Shown piece after piece: positions 37,351-47,428 of a stretch of DNA of 56,078 nt. Source of the DNA: a virus. Taxonomy: Duplodnaviria > Caudoviricetes. The position numbers and the translations under genes are program-made. The notes under the pieces are model-generated. The model was given only the letters and a program-made list of their open reading frames with translations. It was not told where the DNA came from and did not search any database. The stretch lies in the IMG/VR virus record IMGVR_UViG_3300028126_000005, positions 1-56,078 of that record, one strand, 5' to 3'. Numbering within the stretch: the first letter of the stretch is position 1; every line of letters starts with the position of its first letter.

Positions 37351-38373
37351 TTAATAATCAAGCTTGATACGTACTAATGCTTCCTTTGTAAAGTCTTTTA
37401 ATAGTGGACGTGATAACTTTGATACTGCAAGTAAATCGTTGTTGTCATTATAAAGGCCTACAGCTGTAATATATGACTGAGGTGAATCAATCATACTGCT
37501 ATGTCTAAGTTCACCTGATCCTGTTATGTTAGATGGGTTAGTTGAGTAATTAAATTCACTGTTTCTTGCTCTTACAAACACGTAGTTAGAAGATACTGTC
37601 TCTTCTGACCTAACGGTAAACTGTCCGTTAGTAGGTGCTTCTAATTTATCATATATAAGAGCCATATTTTCAACAGCAGGTGCACCAGAAGCTGTTACTG
37701 AAGTAAGTGCTACACCGCCGCTACCTACTGGTGCGTCTAATGCTTTACCGTTTAATACTATTAATCCTGTATCAGGAAGAAATAAACCATATGATCCGTG
37801 TGACTTAGAGTTTCCTTTAGCTGCTGTATCTTTAGGTGCTGATGTTTTTGTACCAGCTGAACCGCTTATTATTTGAAATACTCTACCTGCATCTGTAAAA
37901 GTTTGAGTAGTTACTTCTTTACTATTATCAGTAAGGAATAAATCTCCTATTCTTAACGTTAGTGAACCAGGAAGAAGTTTTTCTTTATATCTAGCTCTCT
38001 GTATAGATAGTGCATAGATGTGAGTTACATCTGTACCGTCAAAAGATAATTCTATATCTTCTGAGCCATTAATTAAACTTCTATATTGTTTATATATTAT
38101 ACTACTTGGTGTATTTCCTGCTACTGATGGGTTGAGAGGTCCTGATCCAAGACCAGCTTTGTTTCCGTAAGCAATAGAAAATTGAATTTGAGAAGAATCA
38201 TCAGTTACAATCTTATTGTATACATCGTAGAAATAATTTCCTGTTTCACCGCTTACTTGTGCGGAAGAAGTAAAAAAGTTCTGTAAGGTTACTTCATTAC
38301 CGGTCCATGCAGGACTAGAAATCGAGTCAGCACTTATTACTATATCTTCGTTATCGAATCTTTTGAATGACAT
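37351..38373 (-). CDS. Baseplate/fibre-attachment structural protein
   Basis: EFNYSTNPS and YITAVGLYNDNNDLLAVSKL C-terminus. Confidence 0.65.
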   Translation of the reverse strand: MSFKRFDNEDIVISADSISSPAWTGNEVTLQNFFTSSAQVSGETGNYFYDVYNKIVTDDSSQIQFSIAYGNKAGLGSGPLNPSVAGNTPSSIIYKQYRSLINGSEDIELSFDGTDVTHIYALSIQRARYKEKLLPGSLTLRIGDLFLTDNSKEVTTQTFTDAGRVFQIISGSAGTKTSAPKDTAAKGNSKSHGSYGLFLPDTGLIVLNGKALDAPVGSGGVALTSVTASGAPAVENMALIYDKLEAPTNGQFTVRSEETVSSNYVFVRARNSEFNYSTNPSNITGSGELRHSSMIDSPQSYITAVGLYNDNNDLLAVSKLSRPLLKDFTKEALVRIKLDY

Positions 38374-38379
38374 ATCTTA

Positions 38380-39039
38380 TTAGTTGTTTACTTTAATTAT
38401 AGTTACGGGAATAGTAATTCTAGCTCCTGAATCTCTACCTACTAAGGTAAGTGTTGTTTGTAGCTGAGTTCTACTACCGAATAAGGTATTAACAGTTGTA
38501 GCAGTAAGGTTAATTGAAGTACCTATTACTGTTTTAGAGACATTAGTACCTGCTGTTGTTACTGAGTTAAGTCTTTCAGCTTCTTCTGTGTTTACTCCTA
38601 CACCAGAGAAATTAGATACTACTCTTACATCTGCAATTGTTGCTGTATACCCTGCTGCTTCAAAAGTAGAAGTTGCTCCTAAATAGTTTAGAGTTTGAGG
38701 AGTTATAGCTAAAGAAGCTCCTTGTTTAATTCTTATAGCTGAATATCCTGCTTCTAGTAATGGAAGTTTAGATGTTCCTCTTGGTAGAGTAGCTAACTTA
38801 TACTTCATAATCTGGTTTTCATCTGGAAATGCTTCTAGTATTGGCATTGCTTCGATAGCTTCTCCGTAAAACGAAGAACCAGAAGGGTGTGTTGTGTTAT
38901 AAAGTGTGTAGTCTATCTCATCATCAGATAAAGCAAATTGAGTAATCTTGAAGGATCCATCTCCTCTTGCTAAAAGCTCTCTTCCTTTTTTTGTTAAAAT
39001 TGCGTCGACTGTTACGACTGCGTTGTTTAAGTATCCCAT
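38380..39039 (-). CDS. Baseplate structural protein
   Basis: AILTKKGRELLA...ITQFALSD resembles tail-fibre collar N-termini; synteny. Confidence 0.65.
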   Translation of the reverse strand: MGYLNNAVVTVDAILTKKGRELLARGDGSFKITQFALSDDEIDYTLYNTTHPSGSSFYGEAIEAMPILEAFPDENQIMKYKLATLPRGTSKLPLLEAGYSAIRIKQGASLAITPQTLNYLGATSTFEAAGYTATIADVRVVSNFSGVGVNTEEAERLNSVTTAGTNVSKTVIGTSINLTATTVNTLFGSRTQLQTTLTLVGRDSGARITIPVTIIKVNN

Positions 39040-39050
39040 TTTTAGTCTCT

Positions 39051-39066
39051 TTTATATAAATATATG
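39051..39066 (-). promoter_or_regulatory. Putative late promoter (sense CATATATTTATATAAA)
   Basis: TATTTATA motif upstream of the 39039 start. Confidence 0.6.
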
Positions 39067-39081
39067 TTTATTATGTTTTAT

Positions 39082-40014
39082 TTATGTACATATAGTACCT
39101 TTACTGATAGCGTATCCATCTTGGTTAATATATACAATAGTTCTGTTTGACTCAACAAAAACTTTTCTATCTCTCAAAGGTATTATTTGATTACCGTTTA
39201 AAGTAAATATTCTACTTCCAGATGTAGGATTAACTCCGTAATCTTCTGCTTCAGATGTAATATAGCTCTCTGGAATGCTAAATAGTAAATTCTCTAAATT
39301 TCTATCAGCATCTGACTGACTGCATATAAATTGATTTTCAGAAGAAGAAACATAAATTGCAGCTTTTATTTCTTTAGCATTTATTGCTGAGTTTATTCCA
39401 TAGTCGGTAATAGATGTTTTTGCACCGCTATATCTACTGTTCACTAAACCAATTTGTTCATGATTAGTTCCTTGAAATTCTGCCAGTGCAGCTGTTCCAC
39501 TGTTAATAGCGTCTATATTAGCTATTTCTATTGCATCATTTTTTTTGTCTACTTGAAATATAAAATGCGTAGTTGCGCTTTTTTCTGAGTTGTTTTCTAT
39601 AGCTTGATAAACACTTTTAGAGAAACCTGCATCATTAGGAGATGGGTTAAATCTTGCTACTTTATTAGTAAATAAAATTGCATTATCTGTTAAATCATTA
39701 AAATAGAAAGAAGAAGTTACGCTACTGCTAAATTCAGGAGCTGAGGTTATACTAAAAGGTTCTACTTCGAAATTCCAATACCTTCCTTTATTTTTAGCTG
39801 ATATAGGTATTATAGTTCTTGTAACTCCTAATATGTCTGTAGTTACTGATATCAACTTTGATAATGAGTTTATAAGATCATTTTCACCTTTATCTCTAGT
39901 ACTAATATTGATAGCTTCAACTGTATTCATAGTTGTTGAAGATTCTATAAAAACTAATATATGCGCTCCGTAATCTAGTGGAGATCTCTCGATAAAGTCT
40001 TGTTTAGTTCTCAT
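39082..40014 (-). CDS. Probable baseplate/tail structural protein
   Basis: Ser/Thr-rich 310-aa ORF inside the baseplate cluster. Confidence 0.55.
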   Translation of the reverse strand: MRTKQDFIERSPLDYGAHILVFIESSTTMNTVEAINISTRDKGENDLINSLSKLISVTTDILGVTRTIIPISAKNKGRYWNFEVEPFSITSAPEFSSSVTSSFYFNDLTDNAILFTNKVARFNPSPNDAGFSKSVYQAIENNSEKSATTHFIFQVDKKNDAIEIANIDAINSGTAALAEFQGTNHEQIGLVNSRYSGAKTSITDYGINSAINAKEIKAAIYVSSSENQFICSQSDADRNLENLLFSIPESYITSEAEDYGVNPTSGSRIFTLNGNQIIPLRDRKVFVESNRTIVYINQDGYAISKGTICT

Positions 40015-40031
40015 ATTACTTTTTTACTATA

Positions 40032-43000
40032 TTAAGATCCTTCTGTGATGGTTAAGTTAATAGATATAATACCGAGAGAAGCATCGAAGTCAGAAAGAGT
40101 ATAATTTTTATTTATATTATTATTAGAGCTAAATATATCACCTGTTGGTGTTACATCTAGATGAGCTGGATCATAGTTGCTCCATTCTATAGAACCTACA
40201 GCTATTGCAGTTCCGTTTGGTTCAACTCTAAGTACATTTACTACTACATCGTCGTTACCGCTGACGTTATAAACGTTAAGGTCTACAAATCCTGATCCGG
40301 CACCTGTTAAGTTACCTGTTTGAATAGAAGTATCAAATGGAGATGAAGAAGGAGATGCAGTTATCTTATATTCTATATCTTGATTATTTTCCTGTACGCC
40401 TATGTCTGTGTATACTCTAATTCTAAGTCGGAACGAACCAGCCGTACTAGGAGTAGGTGTTTGAGTTGGAGTAGGTGTAGGTGTATTACTAACCGGTGGT
40501 TGCTCTGTCGGTGTAGGTGTTGGAGTCATAGTAGAAGTAGGTGTAGGTGTTGGAGTAGGAAGAACAGCAGATGAAGATACATAAGCTATATCAACTATAT
40601 TTTCTATTGCATCAACATACTTAAATGAGTTATCGATATTTAATTCTCCGTTTGTAATAGTAAATTCACTACCTGAAAATTCTCCATCATATTTAGCTTG
40701 TTCGTGGCTATGTAGAGAAGAAGCTGCGAATCCTCCTGAGGTCATATAAAACTCTGTATACGAAGATGAGTATTGATTTCTAGCACCAAACGATCCACCT
40801 TCACTACCTGTGGTAGCTTGTATACTTATTGACTGAGAAAATTCATTATGCCTCTCAGTAGTAGGTTCAACTTGTTTAATTTTATTTCTTTCTAATAAGT
40901 GAGGTTTTACGACAAGGCCGGTATTTACATTACTTCTTGCTGGTAAAAAATCTACTACGGTTTTAAATAGTAGGTTATCATAGTATTTTAATAATCTAGA
41001 AAATGCATTAAGATTATAACTATTCAAATTAGTTACGGATATTGGAAGATATTCTTCTGCTTTATCGGTTAAAGCTTTATAGCTACTTGAATAAGCATAT
41101 CCTGGATCTCCTAATATAGAGTCTATATCGAATGAAGCTGCACTCGAAGACGTTATAATTATATCGTTTAGTTCATCAGTGGGAGAAAAACCTACCTGTA
41201 TAGTATTAAGATCTTTTGAGTATTTATCACTGTCTTGGATAATATTAACGTATCTAGATAATGTACTTCCTTCAATACTACCGGTATCACTAATTCTAAT
41301 TTTACCTAATGAAGACGTAGTATATTGTAAAGGACCTAAGTTATAGCTTCCTGACAGGCTTCCACCTAGCTGTAGAACGTTAATACCAGAATGTGAACCA
41401 GACGAATAAAATGAAGGTATACCAAAAGTACTTAATAATGCTCTTACTCCTCTATCTGTTCCTTTACTTTTCAATAAGAGAGGTAAATTGTGATAGACTC
41501 TCTTGTAAATCTGTTTTCTGTAATTTTCTTGAGATGTTACTGTATTCGATCCACTTACAACCTCTATCGGTAATGTTGAAGAATTTCCTTCACTACCGGT
41601 TAAGTATGCCTGACCGGTAAACATTTCAAATAGTTCCTGGGTAGATCTGTTACTATTGTATAGTTTGACTCCGAAATTTTTTAAAGCATCATCAATAAGA
41701 TCTTTAGATATACCAAAGTCAAGTCTGTTATCTGAGTTATATTTATCTGTAACGTTCTTGGCATAGATCCATAAGTTATCGAAATGTTGAGCTACCATAT
41801 GAATAAAGGTAGTATACTTTACGTTGCTAGGATCTTCTCTTAAGAATTCTGGTACTGTGTTTATAAGTTGGTTAGGATTAGTATTATCAAAATCAGAAGC
41901 AGATATAAGTTGGCTGTTATACCATGATCCTGTTGCAGATCCTATTACCGGTATATATGGTTTATCGGTACCTGTTTTTGGCCAACTGTAAGAACTAGAT
42001 TCATAGTATAAGAATCTATCGTAGTGGTCAAAGTTAGATAGTATAGTATTAATAAGACTATCGTAATGCTCTACACTTTCATTAGAGTAGTTACCAGCTG
42101 AGCTTATATTATTGCTTTGAGATTGGTAGCTATTAATTAAGTCTAATTTATATTTAAAGTTTCTTAATCTCTCTTCTGCTGAACTAAAGTTAATAAAAGA
42201 GTTATAGTCGGAATGTTCAATAGATAGAGAAGCTCCTTTTTCTTCAAATAAAGATTTAACTTCGTAATAAGAATTAGTAACTGGGTAGCTAAATGCTTCG
42301 TCTATACTTAAATATTGAGTAGGGCTTGAAGTACCTTTACCCTCCTGTATGTTAAAGTTAGGACCTTTTAAGTACTTAACTTTAGGTTCAGTAAGTACAA
42401 CTTCTGAATCTACTCTATATGCAATTGAATCATTAACTTGAGAGTTAATACTTAGTTGCTGTTTAACTTGTATATCGCTAGGAAGCTGGTTGTAAAGTTT
42501 TACTACAACAGAAGTGTCTTCTTTATAGTCTAATGTATCTATATTAGTACAAAGTAAAAGTCTATTCTTACCTAAGTTAAGATAGAATGTTTCAGCGTCT
42601 GATTCAGTTAGAGAGGTTTTAATTTCTGCTGTACTAGTTTCTACTGATTCTTTATTTGCTCTGGTGGTAATTAATCTTATCTCTTTTCTATCAGGAGATA
42701 TTTCTTCTATAAAAAACTTTAATTTAGAATTATCTTGAGTGTAGTAGTCGTTTAAAAAGTTATAATAAAGGTATACATCGCCTGCTTCATATCCTCCTAG
42801 TTTTACATCATCTTCTGTTCTTAGAGTTAATGTAGATAAGCTATCATTTAAAGTAGACTCACTATCTTGATTTGATCTAAAGTTAGTATAGTTGTTTATA
42901 GACTTTAGTAACCTACCGTCTAAGGTATAGTAATGAAGCTCTATAAAGTTTGAAAACTGATTAAAAGTACTGTTAACTTTAAAGTCCTGTAGTAGCTCGC

Positions 43001-43076
43001 TATCAGCAGAACTAAAGCTATCTATCTGAATTATCTCAGAAGGTTGTACTGGTATAAAGTTATAATTATACTTCAT
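40032..43076 (-). CDS. Large baseplate wedge-like protein with C-terminal TP linker and beta domain
   Basis: HFDNLWIY, YHNLPLLLKSKGT..VRALL..FGIP; follows gp6/gp25-like genes. Confidence 0.65.
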   Translation of the reverse strand: MKYNYNFIPVQPSEIIQIDSFSSADSELLQDFKVNSTFNQFSNFIELHYYTLDGRLLKSINNYTNFRSNQDSESTLNDSLSTLTLRTEDDVKLGGYEAGDVYLYYNFLNDYYTQDNSKLKFFIEEISPDRKEIRLITTRANKESVETSTAEIKTSLTESDAETFYLNLGKNRLLLCTNIDTLDYKEDTSVVVKLYNQLPSDIQVKQQLSINSQVNDSIAYRVDSEVVLTEPKVKYLKGPNFNIQEGKGTSSPTQYLSIDEAFSYPVTNSYYEVKSLFEEKGASLSIEHSDYNSFINFSSAEERLRNFKYKLDLINSYQSQSNNISSAGNYSNESVEHYDSLINTILSNFDHYDRFLYYESSSYSWPKTGTDKPYIPVIGSATGSWYNSQLISASDFDNTNPNQLINTVPEFLREDPSNVKYTTFIHMVAQHFDNLWIYAKNVTDKYNSDNRLDFGISKDLIDDALKNFGVKLYNSNRSTQELFEMFTGQAYLTGSEGNSSTLPIEVVSGSNTVTSQENYRKQIYKRVYHNLPLLLKSKGTDRGVRALLSTFGIPSFYSSGSHSGINVLQLGGSLSGSYNLGPLQYTTSSLGKIRISDTGSIEGSTLSRYVNIIQDSDKYSKDLNTIQVGFSPTDELNDIIITSSSAASFDIDSILGDPGYAYSSSYKALTDKAEEYLPISVTNLNSYNLNAFSRLLKYYDNLLFKTVVDFLPARSNVNTGLVVKPHLLERNKIKQVEPTTERHNEFSQSISIQATTGSEGGSFGARNQYSSSYTEFYMTSGGFAASSLHSHEQAKYDGEFSGSEFTITNGELNIDNSFKYVDAIENIVDIAYVSSSAVLPTPTPTPTSTMTPTPTPTEQPPVSNTPTPTPTQTPTPSTAGSFRLRIRVYTDIGVQENNQDIEYKITASPSSSPFDTSIQTGNLTGAGSGFVDLNVYNVSGNDDVVVNVLRVEPNGTAIAVGSIEWSNYDPAHLDVTPTGDIFSSNNNINKNYTLSDFDASLGIISINLTITEGS

Positions 43077-43088
43077 TAAAATTTTCTA

Positions 43089-43730
43089 TTAACAGTCAGC
43101 TACAGTTTGTACCTGTCCTCCTGCATTTACTGCAATCGATTTAGTTTCTGGTCCTGATCCAAAGTTTCCGCTATAACTTAAATAATTACCGTTAACAGGT
43201 GACCCTGAAATTTTAAGTACATCGTTTACTTCTGGGTAGTTATTGCTTTGTCCATTACCGGAGTCTTTATGTATATCTAAAGTTCTATTATAAGTTCCAT
43301 TACCAACTACACCGCATGCTGTTGATGCGTCTGCATCTCCTCCACTAGTAGTTAAGTTACTACTTACTGAGAAGAAGTTATTATTACTAAAGATAGCTAA
43401 GTTTGTAGGTGTTGGTGTATTAGTAGGTGTTGCTGTAGGTGTTGGGAATACCCAAGTAGCAAATGCTTGTTCGCCATCACATGTTCCGTTTTCTACTTCT
43501 ACGATAGACCTTGTAACGTCGTTATCGTCTATTCTAACATTTATTCCTGCATCCAGAGATGCTTTTGAAATGTTGGTAGGTGAATTAACGTATCCACCAC
43601 TTCCGCTTAGGTATATAGAACCTGAGGACGGATTACCATTTGCTAATGGAGCTTTTACTATCTTATAAGTAGTATCTGATTGGTGTGCGTTTCCAAAATT
43701 AGCTCCGTTGAAATCCTTAAATTGTGCCAT
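43089..43730 (-). CDS. Fibre-associated protein with TP linker and Cys-bounded domain
   Basis: TTSGGDA...AC...GNGT...SNxYPE domain shared with the 930-aa ORF. Confidence 0.65.
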   Translation of the reverse strand: MAQFKDFNGANFGNAHQSDTTYKIVKAPLANGNPSSGSIYLSGSGGYVNSPTNISKASLDAGINVRIDDNDVTRSIVEVENGTCDGEQAFATWVFPTPTATPTNTPTPTNLAIFSNNNFFSVSSNLTTSGGDADASTACGVVGNGTYNRTLDIHKDSGNGQSNNYPEVNDVLKISGSPVNGNYLSYSGNFGSGPETKSIAVNAGGQVQTVADC

Positions 43731-43731
43731 T

Positions 43732-44082
43732 TTATATTGTATTTACGTTTGAAAGTTCTTGTTCTAGTTCTTCTATAGTTTCGTTTGCTTGTAAAATTTG
43801 TTCTCTTAAATTAGTTATTTCGTCAAGAAGAGGCTGTATATCGCTGTTATCTTTTTCAAAAGTTACTAGTTTAGAACTCTCTTCTATTAGAGTAGTATGC
43901 GATGAATCTCCTTCTAAAGGAATATCCATATAAAGTTTATTATATAGTCTAAATAATTCAAAGACTGTGTCAGTTTCTATTTCGTCAACAGGTTGAGTAA
44001 AAGTTGTAAACTCCCTTGAAATTACTTTTTCAAGTTCGTTTTTCTGTATAGCAGTTTTTTGTATACTTATCTTTTTAGCCAT
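43732..44082 (-). CDS. Hypothetical coiled-coil protein of the baseplate cluster
   Basis: ATG 44082 (MAKK) overlaps the upstream stop; the track start is 44091. Confidence 0.6.
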   Translation of the reverse strand: MAKKISIQKTAIQKNELEKVISREFTTFTQPVDEIETDTVFELFRLYNKLYMDIPLEGDSSHTTLIEESSKLVTFEKDNSDIQPLLDEITNLREQILQANETIEELEQELSNVNTI

Positions 44083-45208
44083 TTCTAACAACTTTAAAAC
44101 TTATATTATTATCTACGACTGTATTAGTTCCGTCTAATTCTGTTTTTATTAAAACTCTATAATGTCTTTCTGGTTGAAGACCATCCATATGTACATCAAA
44201 AAAAGGTCCTGTCGCATCGCAACTTATCTTAGTATAAGAGGTATCAAATGGAATAATCATTTCTTCTGTAAATTCATCTCTTATGCCCCAGTATGATGCA
44301 GCTGGTAAAGCATAGTTCGTAGTATAAGAAGAACCGGTAGTAAAAGTTCTAGTAGGGTACTTAGGACGTGCTTTTAGTCTAAACCTCTGTTTTCCTTCAT
44401 CTACATACTTTCCTTTGTTATTAGTTATATTAATAAAGCTTTCGTCTGTATCAAGAAGTGAAAGTGATCCTGTAGAGTATGAACTATCATCCCATTTAAA
44501 TTCAACGTAAGGAGGGTATATAGTATTAGTATCGTTACTATAATACTTAAGACGTGTATAAGAAGAAGTTGAAAATTCTAAACTATCTTGAAGCTTTACT
44601 ATATAGCCGTTATTGTTTATAGATTCACTATAATGAAGCGTAACAGCATTGGTAATATTAATGTCTACATCATGATCGTCTCCTACATTATAAAGTTTAG
44701 AAGACTCTAAATTAACACCTGCAGAACCGGTATACCACGCTCCTCCGCCTCCGTATCCTAAAGATCCTACTGGACCATATGAACCTGTAACTCCTGCTAC
44801 AGTAGCGTAAACTGGGGTAGACCATTTAGTACTATCTGCATCAATATATCCTGTTGGAAAAGACCACGCTACTCCTGAGTTATCAACGGGGACATCTCCG
44901 TACTTACCTACACCAGGTGTGTAGCTATCATATACTGGGTAAGAATATAAAGTGTAAGCTTGAGGAAGTTCGTATGCTGAAGCTAAAGATAAATGTAGTG
45001 AAGCAGTAAAAAGGTTAGCTCCTACTTTATCATTTATAGTTGACTTAATGTCTTCAGTTTTTACTTTTACTATAATTCTAGAAGCCTGCCCTACTCCTGC
45101 TACAGGGTAGCCTCCGATTTCATTTATTTCATCTAAACCAGCGTTACCTGTAATATTTTCAGTGAATATAAAAGTATCGTTTTCGGGAAAAATTCTATAT
45201 ATTGCCAT
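44075..45208 (-). CDS. Beta-rich baseplate-associated structural protein
   Basis: Directly downstream of the gp6-like gene; TGS-rich; TIYPPYVEFKWDDS. Confidence 0.6.
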   Translation of the reverse strand: MAIYRIFPENDTFIFTENITGNAGLDEINEIGGYPVAGVGQASRIIVKVKTEDIKSTINDKVGANLFTASLHLSLASAYELPQAYTLYSYPVYDSYTPGVGKYGDVPVDNSGVAWSFPTGYIDADSTKWSTPVYATVAGVTGSYGPVGSLGYGGGGAWYTGSAGVNLESSKLYNVGDDHDVDINITNAVTLHYSESINNNGYIVKLQDSLEFSTSSYTRLKYYSNDTNTIYPPYVEFKWDDSSYSTGSLSLLDTDESFINITNNKGKYVDEGKQRFRLKARPKYPTRTFTTGSSYTTNYALPAASYWGIRDEFTEEMIIPFDTSYTKISCDATGPFFDVHMDGLQPERHYRVLIKTELDGTNTVVDNNISFKVVRNG

Positions 45209-45209
45209 T

Positions 45210-47015
45210 TTATATAATTGTTACTCGTCCTTTAATGTCTTGGTTAGGGTACTTTATTTCAAAAATACAAGGATCATATGATGGGTACACTGTATTATTT
45301 TTTGTAGCTCCTTCTATATCATAAGCGTAAGCTGAATAAGTTGCACCTGTGCTGTCCTGTTTGTTAGTTATTTTTAAATTTTGTACTGTTTGTACGCCTT
45401 TTACTTTATCTAGCAGGGTATAAATACCTGCAATATTAATAGATTGATTTATACTTCTCTTATCAATATTAAAGAAATCTTTTAATGCTACGTTACATTG
45501 GTTAATAACATCTCTACCAGAATAATTAGGTCTTAAGATTATATCGTACTCAATACCAATGTTAACGATAAAGGCATCTTTTATGTTTACAGAATCAGAT
45601 ACCATGATATGCTCTGATAGATAAGTTTTAAGGTTATTTTTTAACTGAGAAGATGCTGTGATAAGTTTCTTATCTTTATCATAAGCTAGTACATATAACC
45701 CTAAAGCAAAAGGATTATAGTTCTCTACCGTATTAGGATTAATATTACTGCTTAAAATCTGTTCCTGTATTACTAAAGCTTTAGCTACGCTTCCAAATTG
45801 AGGCGGTAGTGAAAGAGCTCTAACAGCATAATCATTTAATGTTACTGTTCTACTCTGTTCGTTAAAAGCTCTTAAAGAATTTTCTCTTAACTCTTCTACA
45901 CTATCTCCGTCTCTTCCACCTTCTGCTGCTTTTGGATTAGTGAATGTTAAAAAAGCACTTGATATTCTAGAAGAATCTCCATTTGCTAGTACATTAAAAG
46001 ATATAGTATTAAGAGTATCAGCAGGTATATTTGAGCTAACTCCTCCTCCTTTTAAGTATCTGACGGTTAGGTTAGAGTCAGGAGCTACTCCGTAAGATTT
46101 AGTATGTAGAAAATTAGAAGGGTCATATGCTTTATTAAACTTATCTCTTACATTACTACTTCTAATAGTAGTAGGGTCGGGAAGTATAATTGAGTCGTCG
46201 CTATCGTTAGTACCTGCTCCAAATTGAATCTGTAGGTTTCCGTTAGAAGTAAATCTACTTACAAACCTTTTAGGTACTTTTTGTATAGCTAAATCACTAG
46301 AAGAAGAACCAGATACAAAAATAGTATCTTGTCCAAGATAATCTACCTCTGTCCATTCGTTACCTTCTGCGTCTACTATATCTAGTATACCTACAATATT
46401 AGAGTCCTGTATGGTTAAAGTTTTAAACTGTTCTACAGAATCTATAGCAAAATTAGTACTTACTATTTCACTTGAAAAAACATCTACGTTTTTAACAAGT
46501 TTATACTCTGACGGATTGCCACTATCTAAACTATGTATAGTTACTTCGGTAGGATCGTAAGAGCTTGAAAATTGAAAATCTACCCTACTGTCAATTAAAA
46601 ATTTAGTTTGAGATGAATCAGTAGATGTAATGATAGAATTTTGAGGTATAATAGCAGCTTGATTCCATTTAGGTAAGTATGGACTAGAAGAATTAGCTTG
46701 AATAATTTGAGTTATCTGTAGCTTGGTTGATGATACTCCCGTAGTCTTAGGTTTGTATCCCATCATGTATGCTAAAGAGTATAAATTTTTAGGGTCTTTA
46801 GCGTGAGTTAAAAAAGTCTCTTGAAGTTGACTGTCTTGGTAGAAGGATAATATATCTCCTACGTAAGATGCCATTTCTATAAACATCATACCTGGTGATG
46901 TAGGAGAGAAGTCATTATAGGTATTAGGGAAGTAATTCTTAGTATACTCTATTAGCTGTGATCTAAAGTCATTAAATCCTCTATTAACGTATTTTATTTC
47001 TCTATCTTGAGCCAT
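45210..47015 (-). CDS. gp6: Baseplate wedge protein (T4 gp6/baseplate J family)
   Basis: YNDFS..SPGMMFIEMASYVGDILSFY, LAYMMGYKP, IQFGAG, GGRDGDSVEELR, RTVTLNDY. Confidence 0.88.
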   Translation of the reverse strand: MAQDREIKYVNRGFNDFRSQLIEYTKNYFPNTYNDFSPTSPGMMFIEMASYVGDILSFYQDSQLQETFLTHAKDPKNLYSLAYMMGYKPKTTGVSSTKLQITQIIQANSSSPYLPKWNQAAIIPQNSIITSTDSSQTKFLIDSRVDFQFSSSYDPTEVTIHSLDSGNPSEYKLVKNVDVFSSEIVSTNFAIDSVEQFKTLTIQDSNIVGILDIVDAEGNEWTEVDYLGQDTIFVSGSSSSDLAIQKVPKRFVSRFTSNGNLQIQFGAGTNDSDDSIILPDPTTIRSSNVRDKFNKAYDPSNFLHTKSYGVAPDSNLTVRYLKGGGVSSNIPADTLNTISFNVLANGDSSRISSAFLTFTNPKAAEGGRDGDSVEELRENSLRAFNEQSRTVTLNDYAVRALSLPPQFGSVAKALVIQEQILSSNINPNTVENYNPFALGLYVLAYDKDKKLITASSQLKNNLKTYLSEHIMVSDSVNIKDAFIVNIGIEYDIILRPNYSGRDVINQCNVALKDFFNIDKRSINQSINIAGIYTLLDKVKGVQTVQNLKITNKQDSTGATYSAYAYDIEGATKNNTVYPSYDPCIFEIKYPNQDIKGRVTII

Positions 47016-47425
47016 TATTGATCTATATTTATTAGGATTTCGTCTTGAATACTAGAGTTTATAATTTTATATTTAAGGTATACTCTAAGTGTATTATTAT
47101 CCGGGTCACCGGATATCTCAAATAATGTTTTTTTAACTCTAGGAAAAAATGTCCCTATTTCTGATATTATACGTGCTTTCAGTTCTATAATAGTATCCTC
47201 AGATACATTATCAAAAAGTAGCAACCTTATATCAGAGCCAAATAAGGGATTAAGGTATCTTTCTCCTTTGTTTGTTAAGAAGTAGTTAATCAGGTTAGCT
47301 TTGATAGCTTCTTTAGTAGTGTAGGTTGTATTAAAGACAGCGTTACCAGAGAATGGTAGGTTAACACCTACACCTACTGATGTTCTTATATCTAACGGAT
47401 CTTTTTGTTCAAACCTTACTATCAT
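47015..47425 (-). CDS. gp25: Baseplate wedge/sheath initiator (T4 gp25 family)
   Basis: IKANLINYFLTNKGERYLNPLFGSDIRLLLFD. Confidence 0.9.
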   Translation of the reverse strand: MIVRFEQKDPLDIRTSVGVGVNLPFSGNAVFNTTYTTKEAIKANLINYFLTNKGERYLNPLFGSDIRLLLFDNVSEDTIIELKARIISEIGTFFPRVKKTLFEISGDPDNNTLRVYLKYKIINSSIQDEILINIDQ

Positions 47426-47428
47426 CTG

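Noticed and set aside
33788-43730. Diversity-generating retroelement acting on fibre tips
   Set aside because: No reverse transcriptase and no near-identical template/variable repeat pair was seen in this window.
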